In this document: positions 34,689 through 44,117 of the stretch, one piece after another
Position numbering within the stretch: the stretch's first letter is position 1
Layout: every line of letters starts with the position of its first letter
Origin: a bacterium
Lineage (GTDB): Bacteria; Bacteroidota; Bacteroidia; Bacteroidales; UBA932
Direction: 5' to 3'
DNA length: 64,000 bases
NCBI GenBank assembly: GCA_963630225.1
Contig: CAVGLS010000001.1
Coordinates: forward strand, 25,287-89,286
The notes under the pieces: generated by a model
Seen by the model: the letters and a program-made list of their open reading frames with translations, nothing else
Database searches by the model: none
What the model was told of the DNA's origin: nothing
Translations under genes and position numbers: made by a program

Positions 34689-37600
34689 ATGTCTTTCGTA
34701 CATCTTCACGTTCACACCCAGTACTCCATCCTCGACGGGATGAGCGACATCGAGAAGCTTTTCCGCCGCGCCGAAGAGCTCGGTATGCCCGGCCTCGCCA
34801 TCACGGACCACGGCAATATGTACGGCGTGAAGGACTTCAAGGACGTGTCCGCGAAGCATCCGGGAGTGAAGCCCGTCATCGGCTGCGAAATCTATGTCAC
34901 CCGGCACTTCGACCACCGCCTCAAGGACAACGACCACAAGAAGTACTACCACCTCATCCTGCTCGCCAAGAACTATGACGGATACCGCAACCTGATGAAG
35001 ATAGTCTCCACCGGGCACATCGAGGGCATGTACTACAAGCCGCGAGTGAGCCACGAGGTGGTCGAGAAGTACCACGAGGGGCTCATCTGCTGCTCGGCCT
35101 GTATGGCGGGAGAGATCCCGCGCGGCATCCTCGCCGGCGACGCGGAGGGCGTGGACAGGGCGATAGAGTGGCACAAGAGGGTGTTTGGAGAGGACTACTA
35201 CCTTGAGGTGATGCTCCACCGCACCGAAGTGCCGGGGCTCTCGCAGGATCTCTACGGGAAGCAGAGGGAATACTGCGCCGAGATATTCCGGCTCGCGGAG
35301 AGGCACTCCGTCAAGGTCGTGGCCACCAACGACGTGCATTTCGTGCGCAAGGAGGACGGCCCGGCCCACGACAGGCTCATCTGCCTCACCACCAACTCGG
35401 CCATCGAAGACCCGAAGAGGCTCCGCTACACGCAGCAGGAGTACCTCAAGAGCGAGGAGGAGATGGCGGCCCTTTTCCCGGACCACCCGGAAGCCCTCAC
35501 CAACACGCTGGAGGTGCTGGACAAGGTGGAGAACTACGCCATCGACAGGGGTCACGTGCTTCCCAAGTTCCAGATAGAGCAGAGCTTCCTCGACAACATA
35601 GACTTCTACCTCGACAAATACTCCGACATCATCGAAAACGGGCGATACGAGGTCACTAAAGACCACGACGGCAATATAGTGGGCAAGACCGACCGAGGCG
35701 ACGAGTTCCGCCGCTCAGTGGCCTTTCTGTGCCATCTCACCTACGAAGGCGCGCGCGAGCGCTACGGCGAGACCCTCACGCAGGAGCAGAGCGAGCGCAT
35801 CCACTTCGAGCTGATGACCATCTCCTATATGGGATTTCCGGACTATTTCCTGATAGTCCAGGACTTCATCAACTGGGGCCGCCGCAACGGAGTCTCGGTG
35901 GGTCCGGGACGAGGCTCCGCGGCAGGTTCGTGCGTGGCTTACTGCCTGCACATCACCAACCTCGACCCTATACGCTACGACCTGCTCTTCGAGCGGTTCC
36001 TCAACCCGGAGCGCATCTCCATGCCGGATATCGACGTGGACTTCGACGACGAGGGCCGCTACCGCGTGATCCAGTATGTGCAGGAGCGTTACGGCGCGGA
36101 CCATATCTCACACGTCATCACCTTCGGCACTATGGCCGCCAAACTTGCCGTCAAAGACGTGGCCCGCATCTCCAATATGTCCATCCCGGAGTCCAACCGC
36201 CTCACCAAGATGATCCCGGACAAGCCTATAACTGTCAGGGAGAACGGGGAGGACAAGGAATACAAGCCTACGCTCGCCAACAGCGTGAAGTATGTCAAGG
36301 AGCTGAAGAACGAATATGAGAACGGCGACCCTCTGGTCAAGGAAGTGCTCAATTACGCCCTCCAGCTCGAGGGCTGCATACGCCAGACCGGAATACACGC
36401 CTGCGCGATGATCATAGGGCGCGGCAACCTCACCGACTACATCCCGATCACTATGGGGGAGGACAAGGCCACGGGGCAGCAAGTCTGGGTGAGCCAGTAT
36501 GAGGGCACCAAAATCGAGGATGTCGGAATGCTCAAGATGGACTTCCTCGGCCTGAAGACCCTCTCCATCATCGACCGCTGCATTGCGCTGGTCAAGAAGC
36601 GCTTCGGGACGGCGATCGACATCGAGAAAATCCCCATCGACGACCCGGCCGTGTTTGACCTCTACTCGAGGGGCGACACCAAGAGCATATTCCAGTTTGA
36701 GTCCGGAGGGATGAAGGAGTGGCTGATGAAGCTGCGTCCCGAGAGGTTCGAGGACCTCATCGCGATGAACGCGCTCTACCGCCCGGGGCCTATGGACTAC
36801 ATCCCCAACTTCGTGGCCGGCAAGAACGACCCGAGCAAAATCACCTACGACCTGCCGGATATGGAGGAATACCTCAAGGAGACCTACGGAGTCACGGTCT
36901 ATCAGGAGCAGGTGATGCGGCTCTCGCAGAAACTGGCCGGCTTCTCCAAGGGCAAGGCCGACAAGCTGCGCAAGGCGATGGGCAAGAAGAAGAAGGATGT
37001 GCTGGACTCCCTCAAGACCTCCTTTATGGAGGGTGCGCTCAAGAACGGCCACCCCAAGGAAGTGCTCGAGAAGATATGGAAAGACTGGGAGGCGTTCGCC
37101 AAATATGCGTTCAACAAGTCCCACGCGACCTGCTACGCCTGGGTAAGCTACCAGACCGCCTGGCTCAAGGCCCACTATCCGTCCGAATTCCAGGCCTCCA
37201 ACCTCACGCAGAACTCCGCCAATATGGAGGAGATGAAGGAGATTATGGCCGACTGCCGCAAGGGCGGCATCAAGGTGCTGAGTCCCGACATCAACGAGTC
37301 TGAAGCGCAGTTCTCGGTCAACCATCAGGGCGACATCCGGTTCGGGCTGAGCGGACTCAAGGGATTCGGCGACAATCTGGTGGCGGGCATACTCAAGGAA
37401 AGGGAGACCGGCGGGGAGTTCTCCGACCTGTATGACTTTATAGAGAGGATGTCCTCCATCATCAACCGCCGCGCCCTCGAAACCCTCATATACTCAGGCG
37501 CCTTCGACTCGTTCGGACTCAAGAGGACGCAGTATTTCCTGCCGTGCAAGAACGGAGAGCTCTTCATCGACGAGCTCGTCCGCTACGCCAACCTGTACCG

Positions 37601-38396
37601 CAACGACGAGATGGACAGCGCTTCGTCGCTTTTCGGCGATGTGGAGGAGATGAAGCCGACGCGTCCGGAAGCCCCGGCCTCCTCCGGCGAGCAGGACACG
37701 CTCGCCCTGCTCCAGAAAGAAAAAGAATTCGTGGGGATGTACCTTTCCGCACACCCGCTGGACCGCTACCGCTTCGAAATCGAGAACTTCACGAGCTGCC
37801 CGCTTTCTGCCATCGACTCTCTGGTGGAGGAGCAGGAGTCCCGGAAGAAGCCTTGCAGGGCCTGCGTGGCCGGTATAGTGACGGATGTCAAGACCATCAC
37901 CACCAAGAACGGCTCGCCGGGCGCAAAAGTCATCCTTGAGGACTTCGACGGCAACTGCGAGTTCGCCCTCTTCGGCAAGGAGTATCAGGATTTTCTGCCC
38001 TATATGCAGCCTCACGCCCAGATATTCATCGAGGGCGAGATCAGCGAACGGTACTACCTCAAGAAGGAGGACAAGGCCGCCGGCAAGGCTGCCCCTTATG
38101 CTTTTAAATTCAAGAAAATAGCCCTGCTGGGCAATGTTGGAGGCGACCTGATCTCCGAGTTTGTGCTGCACATCGACTCCTCCCGGCTCTGCCCGGAGTT
38201 CCGCAAGGACCTCGTCAGGCTGCTGAAAGACGCCAAGGGCAGCATCCCTCTCACCGTCAACCTCAGCGACGCATCAAGCGGCTACAGGATAGACTTCCGC
38301 TCCAAGAAATACTCCGTCTGCGTCAACCAGGAACTGATTGACCGCCTTGGCAGGCTGAATATAGGCTACAGCTTCACAAGAAGGCAGTGCCTGTAG
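34689..38396 (+). CDS. dnaE: DNA polymerase III alpha subunit
   Basis: PHP HLHVHTQYS..TDHG, GPGRGSAAGS, MPDIDVDF, KMDFLGL, YAFNKSH. Confidence 0.98.
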   Translation: MSFVHLHVHTQYSILDGMSDIEKLFRRAEELGMPGLAITDHGNMYGVKDFKDVSAKHPGVKPVIGCEIYVTRHFDHRLKDNDHKKYYHLILLAKNYDGYRNLMKIVSTGHIEGMYYKPRVSHEVVEKYHEGLICCSACMAGEIPRGILAGDAEGVDRAIEWHKRVFGEDYYLEVMLHRTEVPGLSQDLYGKQREYCAEIFRLAERHSVKVVATNDVHFVRKEDGPAHDRLICLTTNSAIEDPKRLRYTQQEYLKSEEEMAALFPDHPEALTNTLEVLDKVENYAIDRGHVLPKFQIEQSFLDNIDFYLDKYSDIIENGRYEVTKDHDGNIVGKTDRGDEFRRSVAFLCHLTYEGARERYGETLTQEQSERIHFELMTISYMGFPDYFLIVQDFINWGRRNGVSVGPGRGSAAGSCVAYCLHITNLDPIRYDLLFERFLNPERISMPDIDVDFDDEGRYRVIQYVQERYGADHISHVITFGTMAAKLAVKDVARISNMSIPESNRLTKMIPDKPITVRENGEDKEYKPTLANSVKYVKELKNEYENGDPLVKEVLNYALQLEGCIRQTGIHACAMIIGRGNLTDYIPITMGEDKATGQQVWVSQYEGTKIEDVGMLKMDFLGLKTLSIIDRCIALVKKRFGTAIDIEKIPIDDPAVFDLYSRGDTKSIFQFESGGMKEWLMKLRPERFEDLIAMNALYRPGPMDYIPNFVAGKNDPSKITYDLPDMEEYLKETYGVTVYQEQVMRLSQKLAGFSKGKADKLRKAMGKKKKDVLDSLKTSFMEGALKNGHPKEVLEKIWKDWEAFAKYAFNKSHATCYAWVSYQTAWLKAHYPSEFQASNLTQNSANMEEMKEIMADCRKGGIKVLSPDINESEAQFSVNHQGDIRFGLSGLKGFGDNLVAGILKERETGGEFSDLYDFIERMSSIINRRALETLIYSGAFDSFGLKRTQYFLPCKNGELFIDELVRYANLYRNDEMDSASSLFGDVEEMKPTRPEAPASSGEQDTLALLQKEKEFVGMYLSAHPLDRYRFEIENFTSCPLSAIDSLVEEQESRKKPCRACVAGIVTDVKTITTKNGSPGAKVILEDFDGNCEFALFGKEYQDFLPYMQPHAQIFIEGEISERYYLKKEDKAAGKAAPYAFKFKKIALLGNVGGDLISEFVLHIDSSRLCPEFRKDLVRLLKDAKGSIPLTVNLSDASSGYRIDFRSKKYSVCVNQELIDRLGRLNIGYSFTRRQCL

Positions 38397-39070
38397 CTGT
38401 CCCCCACGGGGACCGTCTTCCCGTTGTCCATCTCCACCACGCCCCTGCTGACTTCGCGGATATGGGCGAGATTGACCATATATGAGCGGTGCACCCGGAC
38501 GAAACGGCTGTCAGGAAGCCTCTCAAGCAGTTTCGCCATGCTCATCAGCACGAGTTTCGGGGCCGTCTCTCCGCTGACATAGATCTTGAGATACTCGCTC
38601 ATACTCTCCACATAGATGATGTCGGCAACATTGACCTTGATTATCTTATAGTCCGCCTTGAGGAAAAGATAGTCTTCCTGTGGAGTCTCGGCCCGTCCGC
38701 GGGAAGCCTCAAGCAAAGCGAAGCGTTCTTTCAACTTCTCCGCCGAAGCGACAAACTCCTTGAGACTGAACGGCTTGAGGAGGTAGTCCACCGCATCCAC
38801 CCTGAACCCGTCCACTGCATACTCCGAGTATGCGGTGGTGAATACCGTCAGCGGTCGGTGCCGCAGCAGGCGCACAAAGTCCAGCCCGGACAGGTCAGGC
38901 ATATTGATGTCCAGAAACATGGCGTCCACTCCCCCGCCGTCAATCAGCCGGCTCGCCTCAAGTGCGCTGCCGCAGGTTCCCGCGAGTTCCAGGAACGGGA
39001 CTTTGGAGATATACATTTCGAGCTGCCTGAGAGCCAGGGGCTCGTCATCCACGGCAATCACCCTTATCAT
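38366..39070 (-). CDS. LytTR-family response regulator
   Basis: VDDEPLA, FLDINMP, TTAYSEYA, DYLLKP, FVRVHRSY. Confidence 0.94.
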   Translation of the reverse strand: MIRVIAVDDEPLALRQLEMYISKVPFLELAGTCGSALEASRLIDGGGVDAMFLDINMPDLSGLDFVRLLRHRPLTVFTTAYSEYAVDGFRVDAVDYLLKPFSLKEFVASAEKLKERFALLEASRGRAETPQEDYLFLKADYKIIKVNVADIIYVESMSEYLKIYVSGETAPKLVLMSMAKLLERLPDSRFVRVHRSYMVNLAHIREVSRGVVEMDNGKTVPVGDSYRHCLLVKL

Positions 39071-40223
39071 CGCTGTCCTCCGTTTTTTCGGCCCGCGCAG
39101 GCAGCACGAGCAGCAGTTCATAAGCCTCGTCCCGCACCTCTATGTGGAGGACATAGTTGTCTCCATACAGCAGCTCCAGGCGCTTGCGGATGTTGTCGAG
39201 ACCGATACCGGCCTCCTCCCGGCGGTCCTCCCTTCCGGGGGGACGGCTGTTGGCGCAGCGGAATATCAGCCTACCCTTCTCTATCGCCGCGCTGATGCGG
39301 ATGAACCCTCCGCTCTCGGCACTGATCCCGTGTTTAAAGGCGTTCTCCACTATCGTCGCCATTGTAAGCGGCGGCACCTCCGCATCGGCCCCGTTGTTCG
39401 GGAAGTCAAAGACGATGTCCACATCGTCCCTGTACCTGAGCCGCATCAGGGCGAGATAGTGCGTGAGGAACTCTTCCTCTCTGGCCAGAGGCACGGTCGG
39501 AGTGTTGTTGTCGTAAAGCATGTAGCGCATCAGGCGCGAGAGCTCAACAATGCTGTCCTTCGCCTTGTCGGGGTCTATATCCACGAGGGCGTGGATATTG
39601 TTGAGCGTGTTCATAAAGAAGTGCGGATTGATCTGATATCTCAGATACTCAAGCCGGTAGCGCAGGTTTTCCTTTTCCAGGACCTCGGCCTTCCTCTCGT
39701 CCCGGAGAAAGCGGAGATAGTACTTCGCTCCAAGATTGACACCCAGCATCAGCAGAGCCACGACTATCTTGAGGTAGCCGGGGCGCATAGGCTTGCTGCC
39801 CGGGATTTCTCCCGTATGCTGAAGATTGTTGTCCCGTATATGCTCGTCGGGGGGAGGAGGGGGCATCTGTCCCAACTGCTCTTTGGGCTCAGGAGGATGC
39901 ATCCCGCCGCGTTCCACACCCTCAAAGAGCATTATATAGGCGGCGAAAAGCCCCAGCGCCAGAAGCACGGACAACGAGTACGACAGCGGCCTGTTCTTCT
40001 CGGTAAGCAGCGGAGCGATCAGGTAGTTGTGCACAAGGAAGAGCACAAGGAACGGAACCGTCGAAAGCCAGAGCCTCCAGATGTCCTGAAACTCGAACTT
40101 AAGCGACGGCTCCGAGAGCAGTTGAAGCAGGGACACCACCGCCTCGACGAGGAACACCCCCGCCCATATCAGAGGCACTATCCAGCGTCCAAGGCCGGTA
40201 TCCTTTCTGTCGCTTGCCGTCAT
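39045..40223 (-). CDS. LytS/YehU-type sensor histidine kinase
   Basis: About four TM segments with a Pro-rich loop; LRYQINPHFFMNTLNN, ENAFKHG, GIGLDN. TAATTTTG -7 element at 40237-40244 (minus). Confidence 0.93.
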   Translation of the reverse strand: MTASDRKDTGLGRWIVPLIWAGVFLVEAVVSLLQLLSEPSLKFEFQDIWRLWLSTVPFLVLFLVHNYLIAPLLTEKNRPLSYSLSVLLALGLFAAYIMLFEGVERGGMHPPEPKEQLGQMPPPPPDEHIRDNNLQHTGEIPGSKPMRPGYLKIVVALLMLGVNLGAKYYLRFLRDERKAEVLEKENLRYRLEYLRYQINPHFFMNTLNNIHALVDIDPDKAKDSIVELSRLMRYMLYDNNTPTVPLAREEEFLTHYLALMRLRYRDDVDIVFDFPNNGADAEVPPLTMATIVENAFKHGISAESGGFIRISAAIEKGRLIFRCANSRPPGREDRREEAGIGLDNIRKRLELLYGDNYVLHIEVRDEAYELLLVLPARAEKTEDSDDKGDCRG

Positions 40224-40269
40224 ATCGGTTTTTCTGCAAAATTACGATATTATAGCCAAGCCTCCGCTC

Positions 40270-40338
40270 CCTTTCGTTGAGAAAAACGGCCCGTTCGCTG
40301 AAAAAACGCACGGCAATTCCTTTTTATGGCCGATTTTG
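40270..40338 (+). promoter_or_regulatory. Putative LytTR direct-repeat site plus degenerate -7 element of the VTC operon
   Basis: CCTTTCGTTGAGAAAA (40270) and CCGTTCGCTGAAAAAA (40291), 21 bp period; CGATTTTG ends at 40338. Confidence 0.65.
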
Positions 40339-40365
40339 CGGCGAAAACCTTAAAAGCAGTGTGTT

Positions 40366-42153
40366 ATGAAAGGAAGATTGATTGTGTTATCGGCCATTGC
40401 GCCGCTGCTCGGGGGCTGCCTCTATGGAAGCATAGACATCGACGAGAGCACGACAGGTGAGACGGACACTCAGACCGTCAGCATCGAAGACGAAGAGGAT
40501 GATATCGCAAACACCTCTGCGGACCGGACAGTCAGCATCGTATTCTCCGACACCTCCGGGGCCTGCGTCAGCGGGGACGATCTCGGCATCGTCTCCGTCA
40601 GCGGGAACGACGTCACCGTCATCAACGGAAGCGAGGAAGTCATCAGATATGAGCTCTCCGGCAGCACATCCGACGGTTATTTCAAGCTCTACAGCGACGC
40701 GAAGCAGATTGTCGCGCTCAACGGAGTCAGCATCACAAATCCGTCAGGGGCGGCCATCAACAATCAGAGCCATAAGCGCACCTTCGTCGTGCTGAGCGAC
40801 AGCAGCACCCTCAAGGACGGGGCGTCGGACGCGGACGGAGACTACCCCGACGAGGACGGGAGCGAGGATATGAAAGCGGCCTTTTTCAGCGAGGGGCAGC
40901 TCATCTTCAGCGGAGACGGCAGTCTGACGGTCACCGCCACGGGCAAATCCGGAGTCACCAGCGACGACTATATCCGATTCGCTGACGGCCCTTCTTTGAG
41001 CGTCAGCTCCGCTGCGGGGCACGGTCTCCGCGCCAAGGATGCGATTATCGTCAGCGGCGGAGTCATCGACGTATCCGTCTCAGGGACAGGCAAGAAAGGC
41101 TTTTCGACTGACGGTTTCGCCTATTTCGGCGGAGGAGACGTCACAATCCGCACCAGCGGAGACGCCGGCACCGTGGACGGAGAGCTCAGCGGAGTGGCCG
41201 GGGTGCGTGCCGACGGCCTCTTTACGATTACGGGCGGGAATCTCGACATCAGCTCAACCGGCAAGGGAGCCAAGGGCATAAGCAGCGACGGTGACGGCAA
41301 TTTCGAGGGCGGAAGCGTCAACATCGTCACGAGCGGAGCCAACTACGGCAGCTCTTCCGGCGGAGGAGGAGGCTTCGGGTGGCCCGGCGGAGAGGGTTCA
41401 TCATCGTCATCCAAGTCCTCAAAGGGCATCAAGGTCGACGGCGACCTATACTTCAGCGGGGCTGACGTGACGGTGAGATGCAGCTCCCACGAGGGGATTG
41501 AAGCCAAGGGGACGATCAGTATCACCGCCGGTTCGGTAAGCAGCACCGCCTATGACGATGCCATCAACTCCGGCTCCGATATGAGCATAAGCGGCGGGCT
41601 GGTCTATGCCCTGTCCACCGGCAATGACGGTCTGGACGCCAACGGCAACCTCTACATCAGCGGCGGGGTGGTCTATGCCGTGGGCTGCGGCAGCCCGGAG
41701 GTGGCGGTCGACGCCAACACCGAGGGGGGTTACAACTTCTACCTGAGCGGCGGCACCCTCATCGCCGTCGGAGGCATCGAATCCGGCTCTAAACTCAGCC
41801 AGGCCGTGCTTTCTGCGGGAAGTTGGACGAAATCGAGTTCTTATGCCCTCTGCGACGGGGACAGCCTGCTCTTTGCGTTCAAGACCCCTGCAAGCGGCGG
41901 AAGCGGCGTAATACTCTCTTGTCCGACCCTGCAGAGCGGCAGCAGCTACACCCTCAAGTCCGGGGTCAGCATCTCCGGAGGCGTCACATACTTCGATGCG
42001 GTAATATTCGACGCCCAGGTCAGCGGGGGCAGCTCGACGAGCCTCACCGCAAGCTACCAGAGCGGAGACAACCAGGGAGGCGGAGGAGATAACCCCGGCG
42101 GCGGCGGAAATCCCGGAAGCGGCGGCGGAAATCCCGGCGGAGGGCCGAGGTAA
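40366..42153 (+). CDS. Cthe_2159/DUF4353-like beta-helix carbohydrate-binding-domain lipoprotein
   Basis: Lipobox LGGC followed by an acidic stretch; LNGVSITNPSGAAIN, KAAFFSEGQLIFSG, repeated xDGx.ISGG units, NDGLDANG; Gly/Asn/Pro tail. Confidence 0.85.
   Translation: MKGRLIVLSAIAPLLGGCLYGSIDIDESTTGETDTQTVSIEDEEDDIANTSADRTVSIVFSDTSGACVSGDDLGIVSVSGNDVTVINGSEEVIRYELSGSTSDGYFKLYSDAKQIVALNGVSITNPSGAAINNQSHKRTFVVLSDSSTLKDGASDADGDYPDEDGSEDMKAAFFSEGQLIFSGDGSLTVTATGKSGVTSDDYIRFADGPSLSVSSAAGHGLRAKDAIIVSGGVIDVSVSGTGKKGFSTDGFAYFGGGDVTIRTSGDAGTVDGELSGVAGVRADGLFTITGGNLDISSTGKGAKGISSDGDGNFEGGSVNIVTSGANYGSSSGGGGGFGWPGGEGSSSSSKSSKGIKVDGDLYFSGADVTVRCSSHEGIEAKGTISITAGSVSSTAYDDAINSGSDMSISGGLVYALSTGNDGLDANGNLYISGGVVYAVGCGSPEVAVDANTEGGYNFYLSGGTLIAVGGIESGSKLSQAVLSAGSWTKSSSYALCDGDSLLFAFKTPASGGSGVILSCPTLQSGSSYTLKSGVSISGGVTYFDAVIFDAQVSGGSSTSLTASYQSGDNQGGGGDNPGGGGNPGSGGGNPGGGPR
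42098..42137 (+). repeat. 21-bp-period tandem repeat encoding GGGNPG
   Basis: GCGGCGGCGGAAATCCCGG at 42098 and 42119. Confidence 0.8.
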
Positions 42154-42578
42154 TGACAAAACAGATCGAAATGAAACGTATAATATTGACACTTTGCCTT
42201 TTGTCTCTTGTGTTCCCCTACCTGAGGGCACAGGAGTCCGGCTCTTCAGACAAGAGCGGCCTGGTCGTGCGGGAGTGGAACAGCGACATCGGCTCCGAGC
42301 AGAAAAGGCTTGACCGCGTGACGACCTACAATGACCTCGGGCGCAAACAGGAGGAGATAGAGTACGGAAAGGACGGGCAGAAGTGGCGCAAGCGCTACGA
42401 ATATGACGCCGAGGGGAGACTTCTCCGGGTGCTCGTCTATGGCCACAGCGACAAGCTGGACAACGTCCGCAAGTTCGAGTTCAATGAGATGGGCAGGAAG
42501 AAGACTGAATATGTCTACGACGCGAAAGGCAAGCTCCGCCGGATAAAATACTACGAATACGAGCGCCGCGATGATTGA
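42153..42578 (+). CDS. Small exported protein with YD/RHS-like repeats
   Basis: Signal peptide ending LRA-Q; YNDLGR, YDAEGR, FNEMGR, YDAKGK. TAATG overlap upstream; alternative start at 42171. Confidence 0.78.
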   Translation: MTKQIEMKRIILTLCLLSLVFPYLRAQESGSSDKSGLVVREWNSDIGSEQKRLDRVTTYNDLGRKQEEIEYGKDGQKWRKRYEYDAEGRLLRVLVYGHSDKLDNVRKFEFNEMGRKKTEYVYDAKGKLRRIKYYEYERRDD

Positions 42579-43422
42579 CGAGTCCATCACAAGCGGATTT
42601 TCCCCAATAGGGCTGGAGGAGATGGATACAATTCGCCTGATGAACAGGACGGACACCAAATACCTCACCGACAGCCTCAAACTCAAGGAAATCCTGTCCG
42701 ATGCCTGCCGCTGCGGCTACCGCATCCTGGAGACTGACGGCCACAGGCTCAACGCCTACGACAGTCTCTACTACGACACGGCGGAGCTGAAGATGTTTGT
42801 CGACCACCGCAACTGCCACCTTGTCCGGGAGAAAGTCAGGACCAGAACCTACCTCTGTTCCGGACAGACCTTTCTGGAAGTGAAACGCAAGAACAACCAC
42901 GGCAGAACCAGAAAGAAACGGAGGGAGATAGACATAGCGCTGTTTGACGACTTCGGCGAGTCGGCATCGGCGTGCAGTTGGCTCGTCTGCCACTCGGACT
43001 ATTCCCCGGAGGTGCTCTCCCCGTCGGTGGAGACTATGTTCCGTCGTATGACTCTCGTGAATCCGGAGAAGAGCGAAAGGCTCACCATCGACACGGAAAT
43101 CCGCTTCAAAAATCCCAGGACAGGCCTGAACTCCGGCCTCGGAGAAGCCGTCATCATCGAGCTGAAGCAGGACGGGAGGGCGCTGAGCCGGATGAAGAGC
43201 ATCCTCTCCGCCCACCGGGTCAAGCCTGCCAGGATAAGCAAATACTGCATAGGAATCACTGCCACCGACCCCGCCGCAAGGGCCGGAAGATTCAAGCAGA
43301 AAGCGAGAATGATAGAGAAAATCAATAATAACTTTTATCTGAAATGTTGTACACCGACTACGGCGGAGCTCCTCTTGACGAGAGCGAACTCCTTGACGTC
43401 CAATCAGTCCTTGAGCCTGTGA
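42571..43422 (+). CDS. VTC-domain (polyphosphate polymerase-like, triphosphate tunnel) protein
   Basis: LMNRTDTKY, SLYYDT, REKVRTRTY, FLEVKRK, RLTIDT, IIELK, SKYC; no signal peptide. Confidence 0.88.
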   Translation: MIDESITSGFSPIGLEEMDTIRLMNRTDTKYLTDSLKLKEILSDACRCGYRILETDGHRLNAYDSLYYDTAELKMFVDHRNCHLVREKVRTRTYLCSGQTFLEVKRKNNHGRTRKKRREIDIALFDDFGESASACSWLVCHSDYSPEVLSPSVETMFRRMTLVNPEKSERLTIDTEIRFKNPRTGLNSGLGEAVIIELKQDGRALSRMKSILSAHRVKPARISKYCIGITATDPAARAGRFKQKARMIEKINNNFYLKCCTPTTAELLLTRANSLTSNQSLSL

Positions 43423-44117
43423 TGACTACGGCCCAAAACCTTACGGAACTCGCGCTGAGATTCTTCCTTAACCTGCTCGTGTGCTGGATCATCGTCCGGG
43501 TCTTCTACTTCCGCAAGAGCCGCCGCAGGGACTACTACTTCACCTTCATCTGCTTCTCCTCCGCAATGCTGCTCCTTCTGTATATGATGGGCAACGTGGA
43601 GGTCGGGGTGGGACTGACCCTGGGTATGTTCGCCATCTTCGGAGTCATACGCTACCGGACGGAAACGGTGCCGATACGGGAGATGACCTATCTTTTCGTA
43701 ATCATTGCGATTGCGGCTGTCAACGGACTCGCTCCCCTGTACCGGCTGAGCGGAACTCTGGACGGCAACCCGCATTATCTGCTCTCGTATGGAGACATCC
43801 TGATTACGGTGCTGACCAATCTGCTCGCCGTAGGACTTATCTGGGCTCTCGAAAGCAGCAGGACGCTCAAACATAGCGCCACCAAGATAATCCTCTACGA
43901 CCGCATAGAACTCATCGTGCCGGAGCGGCGGGAAGAACTCCTCGCCGATATCGACAAGCGCTGCGGCATCAGGGCCGACCGTATCGAAATCGGAAACATA
44001 GACTTCCTCAAAGATGCGGCCTATATCAAGATTTACTATACTCCGGACTCTGAGGAAATCTCCACGATAAGCTCAGTAACCCGATATAAACAATTCACAG
44101 AACAACAGGAATTATGA
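43344..44117 (+). CDS. DUF4956-family inner-membrane protein
   Basis: RRDYYFTF, LGMFAIFGVIRYRTE..IREMTYLF, C-terminal YDRIELI..IDFLKD. Alternative start at 43422. Confidence 0.87.
   Translation: MLYTDYGGAPLDESELLDVQSVLEPVMTTAQNLTELALRFFLNLLVCWIIVRVFYFRKSRRRDYYFTFICFSSAMLLLLYMMGNVEVGVGLTLGMFAIFGVIRYRTETVPIREMTYLFVIIAIAAVNGLAPLYRLSGTLDGNPHYLLSYGDILITVLTNLLAVGLIWALESSRTLKHSATKIILYDRIELIVPERREELLADIDKRCGIRADRIEIGNIDFLKDAAYIKIYYTPDSEEISTISSVTRYKQFTEQQEL

Noticed and set aside
42153..42578. RHS toxin or toxin-immunity locus
   Set aside because: Far too short, no RHS core end or toxin domain, and no secretion or immunity genes nearby.
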